Shown piece by piece: positions 9,685-19,439 of a stretch of 64,000 nucleotides of DNA. A program made the translations under genes and the position numbers. Under the pieces are notes generated by a model. The model made no database searches. It saw nothing but the letters and a program-made list of their open reading frames with translations, and had not been told where the DNA came from. The number at the start of each line of letters is the position of its first letter. The stretch's first letter is position 1. Where the stretch lies: the sequence record MK373786.1. One strand, given 5' to 3'. The DNA is from Escherichia phage vB_EcoM_R5505.

Positions 9685-10082
9685 TATACTCTATTACTGG
9701 AAGCCAGTTGCAGTTTTATCTGCTCAATATCATCAGGATTATCGATGACCGAAAAGCGTATTTCTACTATCAGAGTATAATCATCATAAACCGGTATTAC
9801 ATTAACTGCTAATTTATCAATACGTGGCTCATAGTTTCTTACTGCGCTTTCGATGTTACGCTCAACCGTATCAGCAGTAAGAGGAGTCATATTTTCAAAA
9901 AGCTGATCTGATAAATCACATCCAAATTCAGGGTCAAACGGTCTTGAACCTTTTCTTGTTGTAATAATTCCCAAAAGACTGTTTTTAATTGACCTTAATC
10001 CAAGTGATCTGGAAACGTCTTTGTTCCAATCCATTTTCATTTCCGGGTCAATGTCAGAATAAAGCTTATTAATATTTGACAT
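9684..10082 (-). CDS. 25: Baseplate wedge protein gp25
   Basis: 132-aa ORF, gpW/gp25 family. Confidence 0.93.
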   Translation of the reverse strand: MSNINKLYSDIDPEMKMDWNKDVSRSLGLRSIKNSLLGIITTRKGSRPFDPEFGCDLSDQLFENMTPLTADTVERNIESAVRNYEPRIDKLAVNVIPVYDDYTLIVEIRFSVIDNPDDIEQIKLQLASSNRV

Positions 10083-10708
10083 TATAGTAACTCAAAGAAC
10101 TCTTTGAGGCCTCTTATTACGTGAGCATGGGTTTTTCCACACTCTGGACACTTAATTGGAACAGCCAAATAAACAGTAGGCTTTAAAAGCATATCTTTTA
10201 TAGCTACAATATCTGACTCTGTGATGATAGAATATAAATCTTCCAGCTCTTTTTCATTTAAGTCTTCAACTGGAATGCTTTCCCCGTTAGCGTGAATCGT
10301 TTCTATACATGATACTATCATGTGGGCTATATTTTTATCATCAAAAATTTTAGGGTATCGGAATTTAATTTTAATGTCACCCAGTGTATACCAGAGGTCT
10401 TCTGGTGCATCTATTTGTGTATGTAATAGATTTATATGGGTTGATATTTCAGTTCCACAGGTGCACTTCCAGGAGTTTTCGTGATTAACTTCACCGAGAG
10501 AATGTGCCCATAAATGAATCAACAATAGTTCTGATTCTTGGCGGTTTAAATCTTTTGCATTTGTGCAGTCTTTGATTAGCTTTTTAACAATTACTTCTAC
10601 GGAACCATTATTTTTGGCAGTAATAAGTTCTAGATATTCTTTAAGCGTGAATGCGCGACAATTGATTATTTTAGAACCAACTCTCACATCAAATTTGTAT
10701 TCATACAT
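10082..10708 (-). CDS. 26: Baseplate hub protein gp26
   Basis: 208-aa ORF coupled to gene 25, two CxxC pairs. Confidence 0.88.
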   Translation of the reverse strand: MYEYKFDVRVGSKIINCRAFTLKEYLELITAKNNGSVEVIVKKLIKDCTNAKDLNRQESELLLIHLWAHSLGEVNHENSWKCTCGTEISTHINLLHTQIDAPEDLWYTLGDIKIKFRYPKIFDDKNIAHMIVSCIETIHANGESIPVEDLNEKELEDLYSIITESDIVAIKDMLLKPTVYLAVPIKCPECGKTHAHVIRGLKEFFELL

Positions 10709-10730
10709 ATTTTAGCTCCTTTATTTATCA

Positions 10731-10742
10731 TATTTATAAATA
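10731..10742. promoter_or_regulatory. Palindromic bidirectional late promoter (TATTTATAAATA) between divergent genes 26 and 51
   Basis: The 12-mer is self-complementary, so TATAAATA is present on both strands. Confidence 0.7.
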
Positions 10743-10759
10743 GAATAAAAGGAGCATCT

Positions 10760-11509
10760 ATGGCAAACATTATTCGTTGTAAATTACCAGATGGTGTTCA
10801 TCGTTTTAAACCATTTACGGTAGAAGATTATCGAGATTTTTTGTTAGTTCGAAACGATATAGAACATCGGTCACCACAAGAACAAAAAGAAATAATTACT
10901 GATTTAATTGATGATTATTTTGGAGACTATCCGAAGACTTGGCAACCATTTATATTTTTGCAGGTATTTGTAGGGTCAATAGGTAAAACAAAAGTACCAG
11001 TCACATTCGTATGTCCAAAATGTAAAAAAGAAAAGACAGTTCCATTTGAAATATACCAAAAAGAATTAAAGGAACCTGTTTTTGATGTAGCTAATGTTAA
11101 AATTAAATTAAAGTTTCCTTCTGAGTTTTATGAAAATAAAGCAAAGATGATTACTGAAAATATTCATTCTGTTCAAGTAGATGAAATATGGTATGATTGG
11201 AAGGAAATTAGTGAATCAAGCCAAATAGAACTTGTTGACGCCATCGAGATAGAAACATTAGAAAAAATTCTCGATGCAATGAATCCTATTAATTTAACTC
11301 TACATATGTCATGCTGTAATAAGTACATTAAAAAATACACTGATATAGTAGACGTGTTTAAGCTATTAGTTAACCCAGATGAGATATTTACTTTTTATCA
11401 AATTAACCACACACTTGTAAAAAGCAATTATAGCTTAAATTCAATAATGAAAATGATTCCTGCTGAGCGCGGATTCGTATTAAAACTGATTGAGAAGGAT
11501 AAACAATAA
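10760..11509 (+). CDS. 51: Baseplate hub assembly protein gp51
   Basis: 249-aa ORF. Confidence 0.9.
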   Translation: MANIIRCKLPDGVHRFKPFTVEDYRDFLLVRNDIEHRSPQEQKEIITDLIDDYFGDYPKTWQPFIFLQVFVGSIGKTKVPVTFVCPKCKKEKTVPFEIYQKELKEPVFDVANVKIKLKFPSEFYENKAKMITENIHSVQVDEIWYDWKEISESSQIELVDAIEIETLEKILDAMNPINLTLHMSCCNKYIKKYTDIVDVFKLLVNPDEIFTFYQINHTLVKSNYSLNSIMKMIPAERGFVLKLIEKDKQ

Positions 11510-12681
11510 TGAGTATGTTGCAACGCCCCGGATATCCAAATCTCAGCGTTAAATTATTTGATAGCTACGACGCTTGGAGTAATAATAGATTTGTTGAATT
11601 AGCTGCTACTATTACCACATTAACTATGCGGGATTCTCTTTATGGCCGAAATGAAGGAATGCTGCAGTTTTATGATTCTAAAAACATCCATACAAAAATG
11701 GATGGAAATGAAATAATTCAGATTTCTGTAGCTAATGCAAACGATATTAATAATGTTAAAACACGAATTTATGGATGCAAGCATTTTTCCGTGTCAGTAG
11801 ATTCAAAAGGCGATAACATCATTGCTATTGAATTGGGAACTATTCATTCTATAGAAAATCTTAAATTTGGTAGACCATTTTTCCCTGATGCAGGTGAATC
11901 TATAAAAGAAATGCTTGGTGTCATTTATCAAGATCGCACATTATTAACTCCAGCAATAAATGCTATAAATGCTTATGTTCCTGATATTCCATGGACTAGC
12001 ACATTTGAAAACTATTTGTCATATGTAAGAGAAGTTGCTCTAGCTGTGGGAAGTGACAAATTTGTATTTGTGTGGCAAGACATCATGGGAGTTAACATGA
12101 TGGACTATGATATGATGATAAATCAAGAACCATATCCAATGATTGTCGGTGAGCCATCTTTAATAGGTCAATTCATCCAAGAATTAAAATATCCATTAGC
12201 ATATGATTTCGTTTGGTTGACTAAATCGAATCCTCACAAACGCGACCCAATGAAAAATGCTACTATCTATGCACATTCGTTTTTAGATTCTTCACTGCCA
12301 ATGATTACTACAGGAAAGGGCGAAAACTCTATTGTGGTGTCAAGGTCAGGTGCTTATTCTGAAATGACTTATAGGAATGGCTATGAAGAAGCTATTCGTC
12401 TTCAAACTATGGCGCAATATGACGGTTATGCTAAATGTTCTACTGTCGGTAATTTTAACTTGACTCCTGGTGTTAAAATTATTTTTAATGATAGTAAAAA
12501 CCAATTTAAAACAGAATTTTACGTTGATGAAGTTATCCATGAATTATCCAATAATAATTCAGTAACTCATCTATATATGTTCACTAATGCAACGAAACTG
12601 GAAACAATAGACCCAGTTAAGGTTAAAAATGAATTTAAATCTGATACTACCACTGAAGAAAGTAGTTCTTCCAATAAGTAA
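11509..12681 (+). CDS. 27: Baseplate hub protein gp27
   Basis: 390-aa ORF coupled to gene 51. Confidence 0.93.
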   Translation: MSMLQRPGYPNLSVKLFDSYDAWSNNRFVELAATITTLTMRDSLYGRNEGMLQFYDSKNIHTKMDGNEIIQISVANANDINNVKTRIYGCKHFSVSVDSKGDNIIAIELGTIHSIENLKFGRPFFPDAGESIKEMLGVIYQDRTLLTPAINAINAYVPDIPWTSTFENYLSYVREVALAVGSDKFVFVWQDIMGVNMMDYDMMINQEPYPMIVGEPSLIGQFIQELKYPLAYDFVWLTKSNPHKRDPMKNATIYAHSFLDSSLPMITTGKGENSIVVSRSGAYSEMTYRNGYEEAIRLQTMAQYDGYAKCSTVGNFNLTPGVKIIFNDSKNQFKTEFYVDEVIHELSNNNSVTHLYMFTNATKLETIDPVKVKNEFKSDTTTEESSSSNK

Positions 12682-13162
12682 TAAAGAAGTTTCTATTCCT
12701 AAAATGGGTCTTAAACATTATAACATTTTAAAAGATGTTAAAGGTCCTGATGAAAATTTAAAACTTCTTATTGATTCTATTTGTCCGAATTTATCACCGG
12801 CAGAAGTTGATTTCGTTTCTATTCATTTATTGGAATTTAATGGAAAGATTAAATCTCGTAAAGAAATAGATGGTTATACTTATGACATTAATGATGTTTA
12901 TGTGTGCCAAAGATTAGAATTTCAATACCAAGGAAATACATTTTATTTTAGACCTCCTGGAAAATTTGAACAATTTTTAACGGTGAGCGATATGTTATCT
13001 AAATGCTTGCTTAAGGTCAATGATGAAGTTAAAGAAATTAATTTTCTTGAGATGCCAGCATTCGTTTTAAAATGGGCAAATGATATTTTTACAACTTTAG
13101 CAATTCCTGGCCCTAATGGTCCAATAACTGGAATTGGCAATATTATTGGATTATTTGAATGA
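12629..13162 (+). CDS. 28: Baseplate hub distal protein gp28
   Basis: 177-aa ORF overlapping the gp27 3' end in another frame. Confidence 0.88.
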   Translation: MNLNLILPLKKVVLPISNKEVSIPKMGLKHYNILKDVKGPDENLKLLIDSICPNLSPAEVDFVSIHLLEFNGKIKSRKEIDGYTYDINDVYVCQRLEFQYQGNTFYFRPPGKFEQFLTVSDMLSKCLLKVNDEVKEINFLEMPAFVLKWANDIFTTLAIPGPNGPITGIGNIIGLFE

Positions 13163-14931
13163 AAAAGCCACAAGAAATGCAAACGATGCGTAGAAAAGTT
13201 ATTTCAGATAATAAACCAACACAGGAAGCGGCTAAATCCGCTTCCAACACTTTATCTGGACTTAATGATATATCTACGAAATTGGATGATGCTCAAGCTG
13301 CTTCTGAATTAATAGCTCAAACTGTCGAAGAAAAATCGAATGAAATAGTTGGAGCAATTGGTAACGTAGAAAGCGCAGTGAGTGATACTACTGCCGGTTC
13401 TGAGTTAATTGCTGAAACTGTTGAAATTGGCAACAATATTAATAAAGAAATCGGTGAATCACTCGGGAGCAAATTAGATAAATTAACAAGTTTACTAGAG
13501 CAAAAAATTCAGACAGCTGGAATTCAACAGACTGGAACTAGTTTAGCCACAGTTGAAAGCGCTATTCCTGTTAAAGTCGTTGAGGATGATACTGCTGAAT
13601 CTGTGGGTCCTTTATTACCGGCCCCTGAAGCAGTTAATAATGATCCTGACGCTGATTTTTTCCCTACCCCTCAGCCAGTTGAACCCAAACAAGAATCGCC
13701 AGAAGAAAAACAGAAAAAAGAAGCATTTAACTTAAAATTATCTCAAGCTTTAGATAAATTAACGAAGACTGTTGATTTTGGATTTAAAAAATCCATTTCA
13801 ATTACTGATAAAATATCAAGCATGTTATTTAAGTACACCATCAGTGCTGCTATTGAAGCTGCTAAAATGACTGCAATGATATTGGCTGTTGTTGTTGGAA
13901 TAGACCTGTTGATGGTTCATTTTAAATACTGGTCAGATAAATTTTCAAAAGCCTGGGATTTATTTAATACTGACTTTACTAAATTCTCTAGCGAAACCGG
14001 AACATGGGGTCCTTTATTACAGAGCATCTTTGATTCTATTGATAAAATTAAACAACTTTGGGAAGCGGGAGATTGGGGTGGATTGACAGTAGCTATTGTT
14101 GAAGGGCTTGGAAAGGTTCTTTATAATTTAGGAGAACTTATTCAGCTTGGAATGGCTAAATTATCTGCGGCAATTCTTCGAGTCATTCCTGGCATGAAGG
14201 ATACTGCTGATGAAGTAGAAGGAAGAGCACTAGAAAATTTCCAAAATTCTACTGGAGCATCTCTCAATAAAGAAGACCAGGAAAAAGTTGCAAATTATCA
14301 AGATAAACGAATGAATGGAGACCTTGGTCCGATAGCAAAAGGATTAGATAAAATTGCTAATTGGAAAACTCGTGCATCTAATTGGATTCGTGGGGTTGAT
14401 AATAAAGAAGCACTAACTACCGACGAAGAGCGTGCGGCAGAAGAAGAAAAATTAAAGCAACTTTCACCTGAAGAAAGAAAAAATGCTTTAATGAAGGCTA
14501 ATGAAGCCCGTGCCGCAATGATTCGCTTTGAAAAATATGCTGATTCAGCTGATATGAGTAAAGACTCAACGGTTAAATCAGTTGAAGCTGCCTATGAAGA
14601 CCTTAAAAAACGGATGGATGACCCGGATTTAAATAATTCACCGGCAGTTAAAAAAGAACTTGCTGCTAGATTTTCTAAAATTGATGCTACTTATCAAGAG
14701 CTCAAGAAAAATCAGCCTAATGCCAAACCTGAAACTTCTGCTAAATCACCAGAAGCGAAACAAGTCCAGGTGATTGAAAAGAACAAAGCACAGCAAGCTC
14801 CTGTTCAACAAGCATCTCCTTCAATCAATAATACTAATAATGTTATTAAGAAAAATACTGTCGTTCATAATATGACACCCGTAACGAGCACGACTGCTCC
14901 TGGTGTATTTGATGCGACTGGAGTTAATTAA
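13159..14931 (+). CDS. 29: Baseplate hub / tail length determinator gp29
   Basis: 590-aa ORF, coiled-coil rich. Confidence 0.93.
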   Translation: MKKPQEMQTMRRKVISDNKPTQEAAKSASNTLSGLNDISTKLDDAQAASELIAQTVEEKSNEIVGAIGNVESAVSDTTAGSELIAETVEIGNNINKEIGESLGSKLDKLTSLLEQKIQTAGIQQTGTSLATVESAIPVKVVEDDTAESVGPLLPAPEAVNNDPDADFFPTPQPVEPKQESPEEKQKKEAFNLKLSQALDKLTKTVDFGFKKSISITDKISSMLFKYTISAAIEAAKMTAMILAVVVGIDLLMVHFKYWSDKFSKAWDLFNTDFTKFSSETGTWGPLLQSIFDSIDKIKQLWEAGDWGGLTVAIVEGLGKVLYNLGELIQLGMAKLSAAILRVIPGMKDTADEVEGRALENFQNSTGASLNKEDQEKVANYQDKRMNGDLGPIAKGLDKIANWKTRASNWIRGVDNKEALTTDEERAAEEEKLKQLSPEERKNALMKANEARAAMIRFEKYADSADMSKDSTVKSVEAAYEDLKKRMDDPDLNNSPAVKKELAARFSKIDATYQELKKNQPNAKPETSAKSPEAKQVQVIEKNKAQQAPVQQASPSINNTNNVIKKNTVVHNMTPVTSTTAPGVFDATGVN

Positions 14932-14939
14932 GGAATAAT

Positions 14940-16034
14940 ATGGCAATTGTTAAAGAAATAACTGCTGATTTAATTAAAAAGTCTGGTGAGAAAATTTCAG
15001 CCGGACAGAGTACTAAATCAGAAGTAGGAACTAAAACATACACTGCCCAGTTTCCAACTGGGCGTGCTAGTGGTAATGACACTACAGGGGACTTCCAGGT
15101 AACAGATCTATATAAGAATGGATTATTATTTACTGCATACAATATGTCATCTAGGGATTCTGGAAGTCTTAGATCGATGAGATCTAACTACTCTTCTTCA
15201 TCTTCGAGTATTTTACGTACAGCTAGAAACACTATTAGTAGTACAGTATCAAAACTATCAAATGGATTAATATCAAATAATAATTCAGGAACAATAAGTA
15301 AATCTCCTATCGCAAATATTCTTTTACCGAGATCTAAATCTGATGTTGATACATCATCACATAGATTTAATGATGTTCAAGAAAGCCTCATCAGTAGAGG
15401 CGGAGGTACTGCTACTGGTGTGCTAAGTAATATTGCTTCAACCGCAGTATTTGGGGCGCTGGAAAGTATAACACAAGGTATAATGGCTGATAATAATGAA
15501 CAGATTTATACGACAGCCAGAAGTATGTATGGTGGTGCTGAAAATAGAACTAAAGTGTTTACATGGGATTTGACTCCACGTTCAACAGAAGATTTAATGG
15601 CTATTATTAATATCTATCAATATTTTAACTATTTTTCTTATGGTGAAACGGGTAAATCTCAATATGCTGCTGAAATAAAGGGATATTTAGATGATTGGTA
15701 TCGTTCTACGTTAATTGAACCTTTATCTCCGGAAGACGCAGCTAAAAATAAAACACTATTTGAGAAAATGACATCGAGTTTAACTAACGTTCTAGTAGTT
15801 TCAAACCCGACAGTTTGGATGGTGAAAAACTTTGGTGCAACATCTAAGTTTGATGGAAAAACGGAAATATTCGGTCCATGTCAAATCCAGAGTATCAGAT
15901 TTGATAAAACACCTAATGGTAACTTTAACGGATTAGCTATTGCTCCAAACCTCCCTAGTACATTTACTCTTGAGATTACTATGAGAGAAATTATCACGTT
16001 AAACCGTGCTTCTTTATATGCGGGGACTTTTTAA
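14940..16034 (+). CDS. 48: Baseplate tail-tube junction protein gp48
   Basis: 364-aa ORF. Confidence 0.93.
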   Translation: MAIVKEITADLIKKSGEKISAGQSTKSEVGTKTYTAQFPTGRASGNDTTGDFQVTDLYKNGLLFTAYNMSSRDSGSLRSMRSNYSSSSSSILRTARNTISSTVSKLSNGLISNNNSGTISKSPIANILLPRSKSDVDTSSHRFNDVQESLISRGGGTATGVLSNIASTAVFGALESITQGIMADNNEQIYTTARSMYGGAENRTKVFTWDLTPRSTEDLMAIINIYQYFNYFSYGETGKSQYAAEIKGYLDDWYRSTLIEPLSPEDAAKNKTLFEKMTSSLTNVLVVSNPTVWMVKNFGATSKFDGKTEIFGPCQIQSIRFDKTPNGNFNGLAIAPNLPSTFTLEITMREIITLNRASLYAGTF

Positions 16035-16999
16035 TGTATTCTTTAGAGGAATTTAATAATCAAGCAATAAACGCAGATTTCCAACGTAATAATATGTTTA
16101 GCTGCGTTTTTGCGACAACTCCATCAACTAAAAGCTCTTCGTTGATAAGTTCAATTAGCAACTTTTCTTATAATAACTTGGGCCTAAATTCAGATTGGTT
16201 AGGATTGACTCAAGGTGATATTAATCAGGGAATTACCACGCTAATTACTGCTGGCACACAAAAACTGATAAGAAAATCAGGGGTTAGTAAATATCTTATT
16301 GGTGCCATGAGTCAACGTACAGTTCAAAGTTTATTAGGCTCATTTACAGTTGGTACATATTTAATTGACTTCTTTAATATGGCATATAACTCATCTGGAT
16401 TGATGATATATTCAGTAAAAATGCCAGAGAATAGATTATCCTATGAAACTGACTGGAACTATAATTCTCCTAATATTCGTATAACTGGGAGAGAATTAGA
16501 CCCTTTGGTTATTTCATTTAGAATGGATTCAGAAGCATGTAACTATCGTGCAATGCAAGACTGGGTTAACGCTGTTCAAGACCCAGTAACTGGATTACGC
16601 GCTTTGCCACAAGATGTCGAGGCAGATATTCAGGTTAATCTTCATTCTCGCAATGGATTACCTCATACTGCGGTGATGTTCACAGGATGCATTCCAATAT
16701 CAGTGAGCGCTCCCGAGTTATCATATGATGGAGATAACCAAATAACTACATTTGATGTTACTTTTGCGTACAGAGTGATGCAGGCTGGAGCAGTTGATAG
16801 GCAAGCTGCGCTTGAATGGCTTGAATCTGCTGCTATAAATGGTATTCAAAGCGTTCTCGGAAATAGTGGAGGTGTTACTGGACTATCTAATTCGCTTTCA
16901 CGACTTAGTAGATTAGGAGGGACTGCTGGAAGCATTTCAAACATTAATACTATGACAGGAATTGTTAATTCGCAGAGTAAAATATTAGGAGCAATATAA
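16034..16999 (+). CDS. 54: Baseplate tail-tube initiator gp54
   Basis: 321-aa ORF, start overlaps gp48 stop. Confidence 0.93.
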   Translation: MYSLEEFNNQAINADFQRNNMFSCVFATTPSTKSSSLISSISNFSYNNLGLNSDWLGLTQGDINQGITTLITAGTQKLIRKSGVSKYLIGAMSQRTVQSLLGSFTVGTYLIDFFNMAYNSSGLMIYSVKMPENRLSYETDWNYNSPNIRITGRELDPLVISFRMDSEACNYRAMQDWVNAVQDPVTGLRALPQDVEADIQVNLHSRNGLPHTAVMFTGCIPISVSAPELSYDGDNQITTFDVTFAYRVMQAGAVDRQAALEWLESAAINGIQSVLGNSGGVTGLSNSLSRLSRLGGTAGSISNINTMTGIVNSQSKILGAI

Positions 17000-17001
17000 C
17001 A

Positions 17002-17023
17002 ATGGGGACCTTTCGGTCCCCAT
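17002..17023. terminator. Bidirectional terminator between gene 54 and the alt-region genes
   Basis: ggggacc-tttc-ggtcccc stem-loop. Confidence 0.8.
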
Positions 17024-17027
17024 ATTT

Positions 17028-17318
17028 TTATTTACGGAATGAAATGAAAGCAGAAACTGAAGCAACTAAACTGTCTTCAATATAAACTTCAATTTTTACC
17101 GGAGCTTCTGACTCGAATTTACCTGTTACTACACCTTGGAAAATACTTTCAGTTTGTTCTGGCTTTGAAAAATTTTCAGAAGGAAAAATTCCGAACTTTT
17201 TATCTGTTCCAAAAATTTTGATAAATTCATCATAAACTGCTTCATTAAAAGCATTATCAGCAGGAATAACGCCTTCAACTACAAGTTCTTGACCTAAAAA
17301 GCGCAAAGAAGATTTCAT
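17028..17318 (-). CDS. Hypothetical protein (T4 alt.-3 position)
   Basis: 96-aa ORF preceded by an early promoter repeat. Confidence 0.7.
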   Translation of the reverse strand: MKSSLRFLGQELVVEGVIPADNAFNEAVYDEFIKIFGTDKKFGIFPSENFSKPEQTESIFQGVVTGKFESEAPVKIEVYIEDSLVASVSAFISFRK

Positions 17319-17326
17319 TTTGTGTT

Positions 17327-17379
17327 CCTCATGTTATGTCAGTAAGACTACTATAACACAACACGAGGGACTTGTAAAC
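17327..17379 (-). promoter_or_regulatory. Early promoter, copy 1 of a 53-nt repeat (GTTTAC-N18-TATAGT)
   Basis: Near-identical to 32653-32706 (2 mismatches in 53 nt); -35 GTTTAC (plus-strand gtaaac at 17374-17379). Confidence 0.65.
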
Positions 17380-19436
17380 TACATCTTGAACTTTTTAGAC
17401 ATTCCGTTGATGTTAACCAAAGAAGCCAAGATTTGAGAAACTTCGTTTTCCTCTTCTTTTGATTCTTCTACAAGGAATTGATTAAATCCAGCCATTGGAC
17501 GAACTTCACCAGTTTCCATTAAATGGTCGCCATCATATACTGATTCTTCTAATTGTTCAGAAGGAGGAACGATTGTACCTTCGATTAGATACTTGTTATA
17601 AGCAGTTTCTTTCATAAAGTACGTACTTACTTTATTAATCTTCAGTAAAATTCCACGCGGTAGAATAACTTCAGCTTCTGATGGAAATCCTGATAAATGA
17701 CCTGGAACGATAACTTTGATTCGCTCAGCTCCTTTAATTACCATACCCACGCTAGTTTCAGCATCTTCAATGGCATATGTAGAATGACTACCCATATGCA
17801 TTAAATCTTCTGCATCAACGGAACCTTCTCCTTCGCCAGAAAATACTGCGCCGGAATCATCTAGAGCCATATAGTTTTTACCATGCTCACCGAAGATATT
17901 TGGTTTAAGTGATGTCGATACGAAGTTCTTGAAATAGAACATTTTGTTTTCAATGTTATGACGCAAAGTTTTAAAGGTAACTTCTTGTCCACGGTAAAGT
18001 GTAGTTCCTGGAGGAAGAACTGATCCTTTGGCAAAGGCAGAATCCAACGTCTCGATGTGCTTAATAGCTCGTTCCATATATTCTTCACGGGTAGAATCTG
18101 GTTTACCCAAAAGGAACGAGTTCATTTCAACATATGAATCTGCACAATAATCTTCAATTACATCAGATTCAGCTTGGGTTAATCCTTTTGGAGTTACTTC
18201 GGTGCTTGCGTATTCATATGCCTGGGCAGCAGATTCATTAATCAATTTATAAATGCCATTCATGACAAATTGAATAATAGCTGTCTTTTCATCTGGCGTA
18301 GCTTTAGAACCTTTAACTAAATCATTAATAATTTTCTTAATAACATCAAAGCTATTAGAAATATTAATGTCAGCAAGATCGCTTAAAATTTTATCAGTTT
18401 TATAATCAAAGAATTCTTTATTCTTTAAATATTCTTGAGAACCTTGATATGTTATATCGCTCTGCAACTTGATAGATGGATCACGTAAACGTGCATGGGC
18501 TAATGCAATATGATTTCGGAAGTTTTCTAGTTCATAATCGTTAGATTTAAAACGAGAAGCACTTCTCATACCACCGATAGCTCCTTTGCTAAAGTTTGAA
18601 CCAATCTGGATAACCCCGGAGTTCATCGGACCTTCTGCTTTATATACCGGAACTTTAGATTCAAACTCTTGATATTTCTTGGCAGCGAAGCTATCACCCT
18701 GAAGTGAAGCATCAACAGTAGAATATTGAGCTTGTGCTGCTAATCGACGACTAATTTTAGTTTTCTGAATAACAGCTTGATCAGTGCGCTTATCATTTTC
18801 TAAAGCAATAGAAGCAGCAACAGCGACAGCTTTAGGAACAGCATTACCTGTTTTAACGTCTACATAAACATCACCAACCTTTGATTCAACTTTTGTGAAT
18901 AACTCAGTTGAAATAGGAGGTACACCTGGAATGTCTTCTAAATTGGCATTTTTACGGTAAACCATAATATATGCATACTTTTTATCATAGTCCCAGATTT
19001 CCTTTAAAAGAACATATCGACCTGCTCCTTTAGTACGTACTAAACGGTCAGCAATAACTTGCATTTGACGAGCTGCGCCATTTGTTTTACTCTTTAGTAC
19101 ACGGAATAAGCACGCGTCAATTTTGTACTGCTTCATTGTTTGAAGAGCAGTATCAAAAACAGCATTAATGACGCCAATTGGATTTCCACCCAAGTTTCTA
19201 AGCTTAACCAGCGATAATTTCTCGTTGACACCTATCATTACGATATGCATCATTTTATCGCCTGGTTTAACGTTTTTATTTGTATCACCACCAGAGGTGT
19301 ATGTACAAAATCTAAATCCAGGAAGAACGCTTTCTTCACCGGCTTGAATAGCAAAAATTTGAGGTATTTTATGCTTAGGATTTAAGTTAACAACCGGCGC
19401 CGAAGCGCCGTCAAATAATTCTGTAATAAGTTCCAT
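17379..19436 (-). CDS. Alt-like mono-ADP-ribosyltransferase, second paralog
   Basis: 685-aa ORF; N-terminus MELITELFD shared with the neighbouring Alt ORF; R-S-ExE signature (LYRGQ, FVSTSL, SEAEVILPRG). Confidence 0.88.
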   Translation of the reverse strand: MELITELFDGASAPVVNLNPKHKIPQIFAIQAGEESVLPGFRFCTYTSGGDTNKNVKPGDKMMHIVMIGVNEKLSLVKLRNLGGNPIGVINAVFDTALQTMKQYKIDACLFRVLKSKTNGAARQMQVIADRLVRTKGAGRYVLLKEIWDYDKKYAYIMVYRKNANLEDIPGVPPISTELFTKVESKVGDVYVDVKTGNAVPKAVAVAASIALENDKRTDQAVIQKTKISRRLAAQAQYSTVDASLQGDSFAAKKYQEFESKVPVYKAEGPMNSGVIQIGSNFSKGAIGGMRSASRFKSNDYELENFRNHIALAHARLRDPSIKLQSDITYQGSQEYLKNKEFFDYKTDKILSDLADINISNSFDVIKKIINDLVKGSKATPDEKTAIIQFVMNGIYKLINESAAQAYEYASTEVTPKGLTQAESDVIEDYCADSYVEMNSFLLGKPDSTREEYMERAIKHIETLDSAFAKGSVLPPGTTLYRGQEVTFKTLRHNIENKMFYFKNFVSTSLKPNIFGEHGKNYMALDDSGAVFSGEGEGSVDAEDLMHMGSHSTYAIEDAETSVGMVIKGAERIKVIVPGHLSGFPSEAEVILPRGILLKINKVSTYFMKETAYNKYLIEGTIVPPSEQLEESVYDGDHLMETGEVRPMAGFNQFLVEESKEEENEVSQILASLVNINGMSKKFKM

Positions 19437-19439
19437 GAT

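Noticed and set aside
13553-13735. 60-aa alternate-frame ORF inside gene 29
   Set aside because: Same-strand overlapping frame within gp29 with no independent start signals.
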